Source: Octopus bimaculoides
Taxonomy: Eukaryota
Reading direction: 5' to 3'
DNA length: 64,000 nucleotides
NCBI RefSeq assembly: GCF_001194135.2
Contig: NC_068986.1
Location: 83,825,790 to 83,889,789, forward strand
Within the stretch, counting starts at the first letter, position 1. Every line of letters begins with the position of its first letter. Under the pieces are notes generated by a model. That model worked only from the letters and a program-made list of their open reading frames with translations. It had not been told where the DNA came from and did not search any database. Positions 26,113 through 39,452 of this stretch are shown one piece after another. Position numbers and translations under genes: made by a program.

Positions 26113-29100
26113 AAAGGATACAATAATCAGTAGGATAAAAGAATATTATAATCAATAGAGTCAAGTATAATCTGTAAATAACAGGATCCAAAGAAACTAG
26201 TGACAGTCTGTGTCAGCAAATAATGACTCTAAAATCCCAATATTGAACTAAATTGGTTTATCACAAGGAAGAGCAGGGCATTTCTAATTCTTCTGTCAGT
26301 AAAACCTCAGAATGTTGTTGCCATTAGAAGCGGAAAATTTAATTATTGATCATGTTTAACTAAACAATTTGTATTTGCTCTAATTAGCAGCAGTAACAAC
26401 TGTGAGATTATGATTCAGTCAAGTGGAGATATTTGTAATAGTTATTGTTGCTTACTTCCAACTCAGCTTTTTCTAAGCAGACCTATTATCAAATGTACTC
26501 CAGCTGTCCTATCGCTTTAAGAGCATTTAAAGTTCTATTCTCTAATGTGTCTGTTTCCCACTTTACTTAAAACAGTACAGATGTAATTTGAGGGAATTTG
26601 GTTGCTATTTTTACCAGGTCAAATAACCCCATAAAGCTCCTTCTTTGGCTCTTAATGGTAGTTGCTGTTGATGTCATTCAGAAATTTATTTGCAGCCTAC
26701 CCTATATAGATATGTAATGAACTCACGAAGCAATTCATCATTGTGTGCTTAATTGTATAGCATTACATACTTCAACAGTAACAAAACTATAATCCAAATG
26801 GTACTTTATGGTGGTGGTTAGTCATATATTCTTCATTGGTAGTTTACTGTCTAAGTCGGTTGCATGTGAAGACAACTATGATCACGCTAATATTTATTTG
26901 AGCTTTCATATTTTATTAACCGACATCATTTTCATGTGTACATATAAATAATTCAATGGAATAACATTCATGAAATAGCAAATATAATTGTTAGAAGTCT
27001 TCTGTAATTCAACATGCTTGATTATATTATGAAGGTAGGGCATAGCCACTGAAGATGAACTAAATAGAAGGAATTCAAACCACAGCAAATAATCTGTGTG
27101 TTATTCAATGCTACAACTTAAGGTTAGTGCCTTTTGTCAAATACAACATAAGCATGTTAAATATGAAAAAGTGAAAGAGGGCAAGAGACCAATTCACTGA
27201 TCAAAGTAACATTTGTTTAGACAGTTGTGTGGCTCTCAGGTCTGAGTCTGAGTTTGAATCTGCCAGCTTTTTATAACTGTAAGCCACATTTTCCAGAACT
27301 CTGGGAATAACTATTTGGCAGCAAAACTTGCATGCTTCTTTTGAAGTTTATGACATTAACTATAAGTTGGCCAATGTTGATTATTCAAGGCATATTCGCA
27401 TAGGTATTAATACCTTTTATGGCAACTCTTTTCCTTTGCTGGTGATACAGTAGGTTGTTGTTCCAAGCTGAGTAAATCTGAGAGTTATGGTTCAAAACTC
27501 AGTAGGGCCCTTACAACAGTACAAAGATAATTAGCACGCTTTCCTATACAAGGATGATATGGGAATTCATAAATAATTTCATTCTTCTAAAGTCAACGAA
27601 CCAATGTGGGAACTTCTATATAGTTAACAAAAATGAGATACATTGGATAATGTAGTCCAAGATACACTATGATGCAAATCTAAGATTAAAGGCATTCTAG
27701 CCATGACCATTCTCTCTTTCATGTATATCTAAGACTTGCATTGTTCAATTTGTATTATTCTTTATCTAATACAATAGTGTGGTCTAAGGGAGATTTGACT
27801 ACCATTTCTAGCTAGTTGAGCAACAGTAAAGATGTTCCCTCACAGACTTGTTGATGCTGTAGCTATAGTTACTATACTAGTTGTTGTGTAGCCCTAGGCC
27901 AGGTTTGGTTGAGCAGACATATGACATATACATAGTTGATGTGTAGCCCCTGATCAGATTTGGTTAAGAAGACTTATGAAGAAAGTCATTTCAGCCATGG
28001 CCACCAGTCTGCCCATTTAGATAGTGTATTCATGACTATACTATGCAATATATCTTACCTTTTTTTTGAGATGGTAGTGAATGAGTTGAGGGAGATTTGG
28101 GTACTATTTCTAATAGAGTGAATGAGTATGTAAGGAACCAGTTGCTTGCACATAAAGTTTTCTCCTTTTCTTTTAGTTTTTGGTTTAAATTGTTTTTAGT
28201 CAGACTGCATGTAGCTGGCAATTAGGTCGCCTGTGTTTAGGAGCACAGTGCAATGGTTTTGGTTTGAACACATGAACTGTCAGTCACATGATCAGCACTT
28301 TAGCTAGCCTACTATCCACTGGCTACATTTGTACTATTCGTTTTTAAATAACCATTCTTTTTTGTAACATTCAGGCAGCTACCTCATTTATTTATCTTTC
28401 TCATCTCAGGAGGCATTAATTATATTTTGTGAATTAAATAATTTACTAATTTCTATCTCAACTGCTATTTTAGAACCTCCTTTACACAAATATTCTCAAA
28501 ATGTGTGATTCATATTAATCACTAATTTATGTATTTTAATTTGATAGCGTTGCTTAATTTATTACTCACTTTGGTCTATTATCATTTTCTACAGATAAAG
28601 TAGCTTTTGTTTATTTTTCCATTATAAATTAACCACAACCTATGACCTTTTATTTGGGCCAGTAAAATAAGAAAACATATCACTATATGTGTATGTCACC
28701 TCTTTAACATTTTTGTAATTTATCTATTCATTAGGAGTTAAAATAACTGTAGATCTAATATTAATTTAAATTGTACCATTTGAAGTTCTACTTTTCCAGT
28801 TTTCTATTCTGTCTTATATAATTTCACACAAAATGTCATAAATGTAATTAAAGAAAGAAAATAATTATTCCAATATTTATATAGAGGAAAGCTTTTATTT
28901 ATTTATTTATTTATTTCAATCTATTAAAACTATTTCAATAGAATTTAATCATGTCGATAATATTCCTTTTTGTCTGTATAATTCATTAATTACTAGGTTA
29001 AAGTATTAAGTCATGAGTTAATTACTGTGTGTCCATAGATACAGTAAATTAATCTCTTCAATCTACTTAATTGTTGTTGTTGTGCAGCCCTATGTCATCT

Positions 29101-29435
29101 TTGATTGAGGTGACCTATGATCAAAGGCATTCCTGTCATGACCATCCTATCTTTTATTTAGATTTGGTGTATCTAGAATTGATTGCATTATCCAAGGAGT
29201 TCTTTCTTTTTTAACTCTCTCAACATCGACCCATTCAAAAACAGCCACTATTAAAGTGTTTAAATTTTAAATTCAAAAGTTTTAAAGATGACAGGTTGCG
29301 ATTTGACAGAGATTTGGCAGCTGCTTCTAACAGATAATGTAACCACACAAGTTTTTCAATGGCTGTTCAGTTATTTAGTTGGAAACATCTGTGCGCACAC
29401 ACACATCCAGTTTTTATTTCACTTTTATATGGGTG

Positions 29436-29475
<40 letters not shown>

Positions 29476-29762
29476 GAGGAGGTGGTGGTGGTAGTAGTAG
29501 TAGGAAATGTGTCAGGGTTTCTAACCATGCTTTGGCCATTGTATTTAGAAAATTAGACAAAGTACACAACTCTACTTGCCTTATACAGTCTGCTACATCA
29601 TTTCTACTTTGTAGTTGTTGTTGTTGTTGTTTATGTCAAGGTCAGTTCCATTTCAGCAAAGACATTGCATGTAACCTTTCTCAAGGTATTATGGTGTGAT
29701 TTGAGAGATATTTGCTTTAAAGTTTCTAGCAGGTTGAGAGACTGTGTAGAGGCACCCTTATT

Positions 29763-30086
29763 TTTTTATTTATTTTTTTTTTGTGCGCCCTTCTAAAGCC
29801 TAGTCAGGCTCATGGGCCCAGTTTCCCACTTTCTATGGCGTATGCGTTCCCCACCAGCTGGACGGGATGCCAGTCCATCGCAGCTTTACTCAAGAAACAG
29901 GAAGAAAGAGTGAGAGAAAGTTGGGGTGAAAGAGTACAACAGGGGTCACCTCCACCCCCTGCTGGAGCCTCGTGGAGCTTTAGGTGTTTTCGCTCAATAA
30001 ACACACACAATGCCCGGTCTGAGAATCAAAACCATGATCCTCTGACCGAAAGTCTGCTGCCCTAACCACTGGGCCATTGCGCCTCC
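29763..30086 (-). mobile_element. SINE family C copy with a different 3' tail (type 2) and an A-rich end
   Basis: 29893-30086 aligns with 25917-26110, and the rest is unrelated. 12-bp TSD ggcacccttatt at 29751-29762 and 30087-30098. Confidence 0.92.
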
Positions 30087-30428
30087 GGCACCCTTATTAG
30101 CCCACTATATATAGCTTTATTGATTGTGAGTCTCCTAGCTCATTGGTTTATAGGGGCACTACCGAAGACTTCATTATCATGTGGTATATTTCGAGTTAAG
30201 TTAAAAATTTTAGATCTCTAACTCCTCTGTTGGCCATACCAACAGAAGATGAACTCAGCACAAGCTAGTAAAAAAACCCCAATAAAACAAACAACTTGGC
30301 AGTGTTACAAGGGTGACAATATTCTAGAACTGTTTTAACTATCTTACCTTTTCTTTCACCAACTCTCTTTCAATGTCTCCATGCTATGATGCAACATCAT
30401 TTCATACCATTTTTAATGTGTATATATA

Positions 30429-31287
30429 TGAGGTTTGATCAATAAGTATCCTGACTGTTGCCATAGTAATGAAGCTAAAGCATGCAAAGTGAAGCTACTT
30501 GGCACAGATTGATCTTGAACTCTGCTGTGCATGTGCACTAAATTTTAATGGTCTACTTCACTTCTGTTGTTTACAGTAATGCTTGTAAGGAAGGTGTGTG
30601 GCATATGATCATTGCTTTGACCATGACAGAGAAAGTTGTCATGGTGATACCTGCTCAGAGGCCTACGCAAAGTTGCAGAAGTGTATGGAGAGGAGAGTAT
30701 GAGGCGCACACTAGTGTACGAGTGGTTCAGACATTTCCAAGATGGCCGAAAAATATCGATATTGATGAATGTTCTGGGAAACCACAAACAGCAGAACTGA
30801 GAAAAAACATTGCAGATGTGCATGCAGCTGTGCAGAGAAATTGTTGAATTACCATTCATGAGTTATCAGAGGATGTGCAGATTAGTTATGGTTCAGTTCA
30901 GTCCATTATCACTGAAGATTTGGGTATGAGACATGTGTCTGCCAAAACTGCTTTCAGCTGACCAAAAAGACACTCGGGTTTCAGTTGCACAAGATCCCCT
31001 TGATTGTGTTGAGAATGATGTAAACTTTTTAAAAAGTTTGATTAGGCCTCTGGGCTGGTATTGCCAAGCTTTTGGCAAAATTTGATGCAGATTCTCTGCT
31101 CATCTTTCTGTTATGGTCAGTGCAATGATCACATGCTACACACATTCCTTCCAAGCATTGATGTACACAAGTGAAGTGAGCTAGAATGTTAAAACTTAGT
31201 GCACATGCACATCAGGGTTCAAGGTCAATCTGTGACAAGTGACTTCATAACAGTGGCACAGTCCGGATACTTATTGATCATGCCATG
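30429..31287 (+). mobile_element. Non-autonomous mariner derivative with extended inverted ends
   Basis: TA-flanked ends tgatcaataagtatcc(t/g)gactgt. The internal transposase relic (VYEWFRHFQDGR, ITIHELSEDVQISYGSVQSIITEDLGMRHVSAK) stops before the catalytic domain. Confidence 0.85.
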
Positions 31288-31369
31288 TATGTAATATCAG
31301 GCCAGCATAATTACTTCTGGTTACAAGTTTGATGTGGGCGACTACTTACCACAACACCACAACATTTTG

Positions 31370-31550
31370 ATGTCTATTGATATTATTATTGATGTTTTCC
31401 AGCTTTTTATGTTCTGAGTTCAAATTCCACCAAGGCAAACTTCACTTTTCATGTTTTCAGGGTTAGTAAAATAAGTACTAACCCCTGCACCCCACCACCA
31501 CCACCACCATGTTAGCCTTGTGTCAAAATTTAAAACCATTAATGTTATTG
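31370..31550 (+). mobile_element. SINE family B, partial
   Basis: gttctgagttcaaattccacc...ttttcatgttttcagggttagtaaaataagtac. Similar copies at about 38925-39130, 45630-45770, 50440-50530 and 54515-54580. Confidence 0.65.
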
Positions 31551-33419
31551 TTGATGTGTTTATGGCTAGCAAGCAGTTTATCATTAAATTGCATATAATT
31601 TTTTTAAAATGCTAAGATTTATATAGAAAACAAAGACCTGAAAATTATGCTGACAAATCTATTGCTCTCACCTTCTGTCCCCTCTGTTCACAGTAGCATG
31701 CCAAATTTTCTTGGCTCCCCACTCCTCCATGGGAACAGTGTCTTTCACTTTGAGAAGCACTGTTCTACAGAGTAACTAATTTTTATTTTACAATCAACTA
31801 TTTACAGTTAGATGGACAGATATTTGAGTTCAGTGTCTTATCACTGATATGGAAAAGACAACCAACTGTAAATATAGTTGCTCCAATAACTCATAAGAAA
31901 ATGAACTAAATTGATATAAAACCATAGAACAGGATAAAATCTGAAATATGTCAAAAATGTTAATTCATTGTTAGCTGTTCATTGTATTTGTGTCGTGTTC
32001 ACAAACAAGACAAAGAGGGAGAGGTAGTGTTATCATGTAACTGATTTATCATGATATAACTGAAGTGAATATGTAAACTTTAGTTAGTTTAGTTAACTTC
32101 AGACTAGTGACAACATGACAGCGCCAGGCTATATGGTAGAGAATGAATAATTCAGGGATGCATCTCCTCTAAACAATTATACTTTACTATTTCACCACTA
32201 TTTTAAAAGTAGGACGTAGTCTTACTGATGATGTCATAAGACCAATAACTGCCTAGTTTTTCTCTTGCACTTGCCAAAATAATGAAATTGATATTAGTAA
32301 TTGACTAATTAAAATTTCTTTTTTTTCCTCTCGACATAATTATTTCTAGTTAACCTTTTAATGCTTCCTTTCTTAAGTATGGTAACACTAAGTTAATTAC
32401 ACAGTAGAGATTTTACAGTAGTTACCACCTGTAAAATTAAAGCCACATTGTGACTACATGTTAGCAGCAGTTTGTTTACTGTATGTTCTATAGCAAAAAG
32501 AAAGTGGTAAAGCAGAGTTTAAGGAAAGAGGGGGGGGGGAATGAGGCAGAAAAAATATTCAAGTGTTGACAAGTTCAAAGCAACTGGAATTATTGTATTA
32601 ATAATAGAAGTTGCAGAGTTGAAACTTAGCTTAATGGTGAGCATTTGGTTGAAGGATATCAAGGAGTTTTCGAATAAAAACTTAAGGAAACAACAAAAAC
32701 ATATAGTGATTGCTAAGAACTGGATTGATACTTCACATTGATTTCATTTGCCAGCTATAATCTGGCAATCCTATTGACAAACAGTAGCTGATAAAAAGTA
32801 TGGTACTTACAAAATAGAATAAAGAAAAAGAAAATAAGAAAGAAAACTTTATCTTATTTTTCTGTTTTACATTCATTTGCCACATTAGTATGGATGGCTG
32901 TTATTGCTGCTTATCCCTAGGGCAGCCATGATTTCACTGACCTATAATTAAATGTATTCTAGCAATGACCATCTCATCATTTTTTTCCTTAGGCATAGTC
33001 TTTCTTTATCTGATATGCTTTATGTAACCATTAAAACAATTCTGTATTACATGTCTACAACAGCATAGCCATCTCTATTGCACACTACATCTGATTTCTT
33101 TTACACCTAATTTTACTCTTTCCTTATCTGTGCCTCATCATTCATGCACACTGACATTACTCATCCAGCAGACCATACACATTTTGTTGCTTTCCAATCT
33201 ACACACATTCTCTGCATTCAGTGCTTATGTTTCACCACCACACAACATTACAGTTCATACCCAAGCATTATAAAATATACTCTTTGCTTGGAGAGAGAAT
33301 CCCTTTATTGTAGCAGCAGTAATAGCTCCTTGAATGTATTCCACCCAATTCTAATTCCTACTACTATATATATATGTTTTTTGTGAATTATCCCCTGTAT
33401 ATATATATATATATATACA

Positions 33420-33720
33420 TACACAGGGGAGAATTCACAAAAAAACAAAAGACGAAGGCAGGTGGTGTAGAAAACAAACAGATGTATTAGTATAACGCTC
33501 GAGAAGTGAATAAGTCTTTAACATTTCGAGCCTACGCTCTTCCACAGAAAGAAACAAGGAGAGAAACACGGAGAGTAAAAGAAGGAATGTGTAGTGGCTA
33601 GCGATCTATCATGGCGAATGCCAGACAGAAGGGTCACCCAAGAGAGTTAGGAAGAGATAATAAAGTAGTAGTAATCCCAAAACGAAGGTGTGTATGTGTG
33701 TGTGTAAGAGAGTTCGTATG
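33420..33720 (-). repeat. Repeat resembling a Penelope-like terminal repeat, with a hammerhead-like motif
   Basis: Minus strand ctttctgtggaagagcgtaggctcgaaatgttaaagac. The PLE link rests on recalled PLE terminal motifs, not an alignment. Confidence 0.45.
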
Positions 33721-34266
33721 TGCTTGTGAAAGAAGGCTGGTGATCTTGACGTGTGCATGCGTATATGTGTAGGTGTGAAAATGTGGGGCTCGGAATTAGT
33801 CAGTGCTGGTGTGTGTGCGTGGTGGTGTGTTGTGATGTGATGCGTTGTGTGTTATGGTGTAGTGGTGTATAGTATAGTGTGATGGTGTTGGAAGGTGGGG
33901 TGGGCAAGAGTGGGGGAAAGCAAGGGTGGCATGTGAGTTAGGCTGAGGGTGGGGGTAAAGGTGGGGTATGTGGAAGTGGATGTAAGGGATGGGGTGGGAT
34001 GGGAAGGATAGGGAAGGTGGGGTTGGAATGTGTAGGGGTGGGGTGGGCTTATGAGGGAGAGTTGATGGTGAAGGGGGGAAGGAGAAGGTGGGTAGGAGAG
34101 AGAAGAGAGAAAGAGAGTAAGAGTCAAGAGAAGTGTGTGTGCTAAATAAAATGAGACAACAAGGTGATATGAGCGAGTAAACCAGAGGGAAATAGTAGAG
34201 TTCAGTATAAGGAGTTATTTTGCAAAATGATAGATATAAGAAATATAAAGGAAATATAAGAGAATA

Positions 34267-34490
34267 AAAGCAAAAGTAAAAATATATGTAAGATGTTACA
34301 GTTGCAGTTCCATTATCTAAGGAAAGTGCTGTGTAGAATGGGTAGAAATGCCTCTTGTCCATGGTATGTAGATTCCAATAGGAGTTCATATTTTATTATT
34401 ACAAGTGGATAGTGTGGAGACATAAGCTCCATGTGCTTAGATAATGGAACTGCAACTGTAACATCTTACATATATTTTTACTTTTACTTT
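34267..34490. repeat. Near-perfect inverted repeat: 55-bp arms (54/55), 114-nt spacer
   Basis: 34267-34321 is the reverse complement of 34436-34490 with a single mismatch. Confidence 0.95.
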
Positions 34491-34593
34491 CAAAGGGGTC
34501 TTGTAGTATGAATGTAATTTTGAGTACGTACTGGTAGGGGTAAGTAGATAGAGAGAAGAGAATAGATTTGTATGTATACATTTATGTATATCG

Positions 34594-35155
34594 TTGTGTT
34601 TTGGGAGGGTCATTATGCCAATTATAATACACACACACATCACTTCTTTATTGTTAGTCAATCGGTAAATAATCTACCCAAATAACTAATAGATTGTTTG
34701 CTTAATGTATTGCTTAAACAATAAACCAGTTGTTTGTTTGTCAAAGTCCTTATCAATGACATGCCTCCTCTCTTCAAGGTCTGCCTTGAATCTGAGAACT
34801 TGTCTTATGCCTGTATGTGTGTATGTAGATGTGTAGTTGCTTACAAGAGAAGGGAAGGATTAGAGTAACTTATGAATATGCATACTCTTTGGTTACACAT
34901 GCACACATGCAGACATGCACGTGCACACACACACGCACACACGAACACACACGCCCACATACACACACCACACATAGATACACAGACATACACAGGTGCA
35001 CATGCATACATGCGTGCAGATATACATACAGGTGCTTGTCTATTAAAAAAACAGCTATACTACAAACAAGCAGGTATATATGCACACATAAGCAAACATT
35101 CACACATTCACACAAACATATGCACTCACAGAACTGACTCAAATACACAACTAGA

Positions 35156-35188
<33 letters not shown>

Positions 35189-35725
35189 CTCTTCTCCATT
35201 CCCTTCCCCATGTAAGGAACTACAACCAAAAATCATTATGGGATGACAAGCAAATCCTAGCAGGTCTGAGGCTGAACTGACCTTGAAAAAAGGCTGAACC
35301 CTTAAAGAGATCATAGATGACCGGTGCACACATACTCACAAACACATATACAAGCTGTCACATGAGAGTACACACTTAACCACACACATAACCACACAAA
35401 CAACCACAGAAACACTCTTTGGTTACTCTCACCCTTCCCCATTCTTGGAAGTAACCACATATCTACATACACACATGCATACATATACACAGGCATAAGG
35501 CCAACTCTCAGACAGACTCAAGGCAAACCTTGAAGAGAGGAGGAATGTCATAGATTAGGTTGCAAATAGTGACAAACAACCGACTGGTTGTCTAACCAAC
35601 ACAACACATTAAGCAAATGATCAATTAGTTGGTTAGATATTTAACCAATTGATTAACAATAAAGAAGTGATATTGAACCAGTGTGTGTTTATTATTAATG
35701 GCATAATGAACCACCTAGGACACAA
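34594..35725. repeat. Imperfect foldback of about 1.1 kb (arms of about 280-300 bp, CA-rich spacer)
   Basis: Anchors at 34640-34656/35654-35670 (17/17) and 34758-34789/35518-35549 (30/32). Arms are about 34594-34868 and 35423-35725. Confidence 0.88.
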
Positions 35726-35787
35726 AATTTGTTTCAACTCATGAATTCACATCAAGAATCTTGTAAACCAAATACAAAAATGAAACA

Positions 35788-36374
35788 CCATATTTTCTGG
35801 TCGATAAAGTGCATCATATTTAAGCCGTAGGGCCGAATTTGGGGAATACTTTGGTTTTATCCACACATAAAGCACACCAGTGTTTAAAGCACACTGGTGT
35901 TTAAAGCACACTGGTGTTTAAAGCTCATTGGTGTTTAAAATATCTATGGAGCTATGGGTCCGCAGCTGTCTTTTTTGTCGTTGATGTGTATGAAGTTTCA
36001 AAATGCCTCATTTTACAACTATGAGATGTATTGTTATTGTTACGATTTTATCTTATTATAGTCAACAACAAACACATTTCGTCAATATTAAAATCTTTAT
36101 TAGATTAAAAATAATATTACCAAAGTATGAAGGTAGAACAAAACAAATATGCTTTGTTTTCTTCCAGGCACCAATGTACTGTAGCAGTAGTCCTTCACAT
36201 TGTTCACCAACTGACCTTTCCTCTGAAAAAATCAGTGGAATCAGTTGATCTCCATACACAAATTATTTTCCTCCTGAAACTTGTAAAAATACACACATTA
36301 GGTGCATCTTTCTATAAGCTGCACACTTAAATTTCCCAGGTAAAAAATAGCAGCTTAAACACTGGAAAATATGG
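35788..36374. mobile_element. pogo/Tigger-like MITE
   Basis: Ends ccatattttctgg... and ...ctggaaaatatgg followed by TA. Subterminal 17-bp tandem units gtgtttaaagcacactg at about 35880-35940. No ORF. Confidence 0.6.
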
Positions 36375-39374
36375 TATATAATATAGACAACAAGTATGGA
36401 AATAAATTTTTACATTTATTCAGTGTATTCTTACACATATTTCATTAACAATAATATGTCATGTAAAGAAATACCTTATGAACAAGTTATATCATCAAAT
36501 CTTCAGAGACTGTATAACAAATATAAAAAAAGTAAACACAACAATTGTGTTGAAGGATCTTCACTCAGTTTATGTAAGCTTATTTCTTCACATATCAACT
36601 AATCAAAAAATAGATAAAAAGAATGAGGCAGGATCTGTGTAGTCATTTGCCAAATCTCACTCAAATCACACATAACCATCTGTGATGGTCAGTACTGGAA
36701 TGTCTTTGATCATAGGTCTATCCAATCACGGCTAACCTTGGGTTAAGCTATAATAATATATTACATGGGTCACCCAACTATGAAACAATTCCATCAGCGC
36801 TTCAAGAACATTTATGAATTAGAAGAATTATCCTACCCATCATATTGAAAACACAAGATATAAAAAGGATTAAAACAGCAACAACAGTGACGAAAACCAA
36901 CAGTAAACTATTTTCACTCTCAGATAATGTAATGTACAACTGTACCTAAGTTCAACATATGCAACCTTCTACAATATAACCTAACTGGGTACATATAAAC
37001 ATACTCAGTTAGAGTGACCTTGCACAATCTACAGACTGCCATTTAAAAATACTTTCTATTTTAGCCTGGCTATTATTTATCTATATATTTATTTATTTAT
37101 TTGAAAAACTATTTTCAGTCTTCTTTTGTTTTGTGCCCCCCACCCCCACCCACCGCACACTGTTACAAGCACAACTTCCATTACTATTCTTCTATCACCA
37201 CTGCTACTGCCATGGCCACTTCCACCTTAAATTACTAGTAGTTGAAGTATGCAAGTGCTACTCTGTTTTACATGTTGTGTGTGTGTGTGTTTGAAGTTGT
37301 TGATGTTAATAAAATGTTAAACTGCTTAAATATAGTATAGGAACGAAAATGGTACTGGTATGCTTATTTGTCTGGTACTATTTAGTGCAGTTGTGCCAAA
37401 AATAGTCTATAGCATTAGTTAATATATACTGATTCAGCACCATAGAATTGTAACTCAAAACTTGTCATTTCTCTGGGAAATCACTAAGAAAAATTAGGAG
37501 TAGGTTGTGTTCTTTAGCAGTAAATGAGATCAGAGGCAGCAGACCTATGACATAATCATGTCAGCTATGTCTGTCCTGTCTTCTATTCAGACATAACATC
37601 ATGTATTCAGAATTATATCTTGCAATGTATCCTTTCTTTTAGCTTTGCTAGGGGACCTATGATCAAAGATATTCCAGCCACGACTATTCCTTCTTTAATT
37701 CAGACTTGGGTGCAAGCATGGCTGTTTGGTCAAGAAGGTTGCTTTGCAACCACATAGTTTTGAGATCCGTCCCATCGTGTGCAACACCTTGGGCAAGTGT
37801 CTTCTTATAACCTTAAGCTGACCTATGCCATGTGAGTGAATTTAGTAGATGGAGACTGCGTGTATGTGTATGTGTGTGTGTTTGTGTAGCTAACTATGTG
37901 GGCATGTGCATGTAGGTGGCGGGGTGTCTGCATGCACATGTGTTTATGTGTTAGATTACATTTGTGTTTCTGAAAATTGCTGTGCTGCATGCATTGGCAT
38001 TGCTGTCATTTCCACTATCAACAAATTTTGCTGGCACTGCTCTTTCAAAGAAATGTGAAATAAGAGAGCCCTTACTTGCTTACTTGAAAAACAGGTAAGG
38101 GTTAATGACTAAAGAGTACCCAGTTGTAAAACAGAGCCTTGGTAATATATACTTGTTGAAACCATGTTAGCACAGAATAATAGACATTGAAATGAATGAA
38201 TGAATTCCTTCTCTTTCTTAAGATAGTGAGATGTGATTTTAGAGAGATTCAGTGGTACATATACTGAAATTGGAACATGCAGAAGATTAGGCAAAGATTA
38301 TGTACAAGTTAGACGCTGACAGCAGTTATAGGTTGGCATGCATAAACAATAGGGATTTACAGAATCATGCAGCATAATGTAACAGTGAATTTTTGATGCT
38401 TTCAGCTTTTCCATCAACAATGTTAAAGGCAGCTTATTTTTTACCATAGCTCTATGCAAGCAAATTTCTGTGAAGCATCAGAAGAGGTGAAGCCTCTTGT
38501 GTAGGAACTTGCTGCTAGTACACCTTTTGATTACCCAACTCTTTCCAACACTATCTCTTGCAATTGGAATTGTCATTAGAACATTTATCCAAAGATTATG
38601 CCATGTGTGTGTATTTGTAAGTAGATATCTGTGTGTGTGTGCATGTATGTGTGTATCTATGTACAAACATGTGTATATAGATATGTATGTGTGAATATAT
38701 ATGTATGTGTGTGTGCGCATGAATGGGTATGTGTATTCTTTGCAGTGACAAGTTCAACGGAACATGGTGAGGTCACTTAGAATAAAGAACTCAAAAATTA
38801 GAAGTCTGAATGACAAAACTTTAATCTAAAGCTGTGAATCCAATAAAATATAAAATCATTCAAGTACTAAGGTCAATTATTATACCCAATTCTACCAAGT
38901 TTATGATCTTAGGAATTTTTGTCCTTTCGGTTTAAATCCTGTTGGGATCAACTGTCTGTCATCCTTCTGGAGTCAAAAAAAGTAAAGTACAGGTCTTGAA
39001 CCAGGGTCAGTAGTATCAACTAACGCATTCCCTTCAAAATTGCTGTGGTTGATGCAATTGACTAGCCCCCCCCCCCTTTCTGCTAAAAAAAATCAGGCCT
39101 TATGCCTATAGTTGAAAGGATTATTAATATTATCATTACTATCATCATCATCACCTTCATTTTTCTATAATAAGACTTCATACCTTGGTAAAATTTTTGG
39201 GATTTATACAAAATCTGCAAAATAGCTTCTCCCTATACTGAAAATATTTTAGATGAATCTTTAGTGATTAATTGGCAATCTTGCATTATAATGTTTTGTT
39301 GTTCTCTTCCTTTAGATAAATCTTAGATTTCCGTGATGTTTTTTTCCCCTTTCTCTTCTTTGATATATTTTCAG

Positions 39375-39452
39375 ATTGTCATCTACCTTTCATATCAGAA
39401 AGCCTAACTTTTGAACGTTCCCTGAATAAAACTTCTGTAACAGAAGCTTCAG
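39375..39452 (+). CDS. NFAT5: NFAT5 exon, 78 nt, phase 1-1: (D)CHLPFISESLTFERSLNKTSVTEAS
   Basis: Acceptor attttcag|, donor ag|gtaagg. Open in the frame required by the next exon (G+AG = Glu), across a 186-bp intron. Confidence 0.8.
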
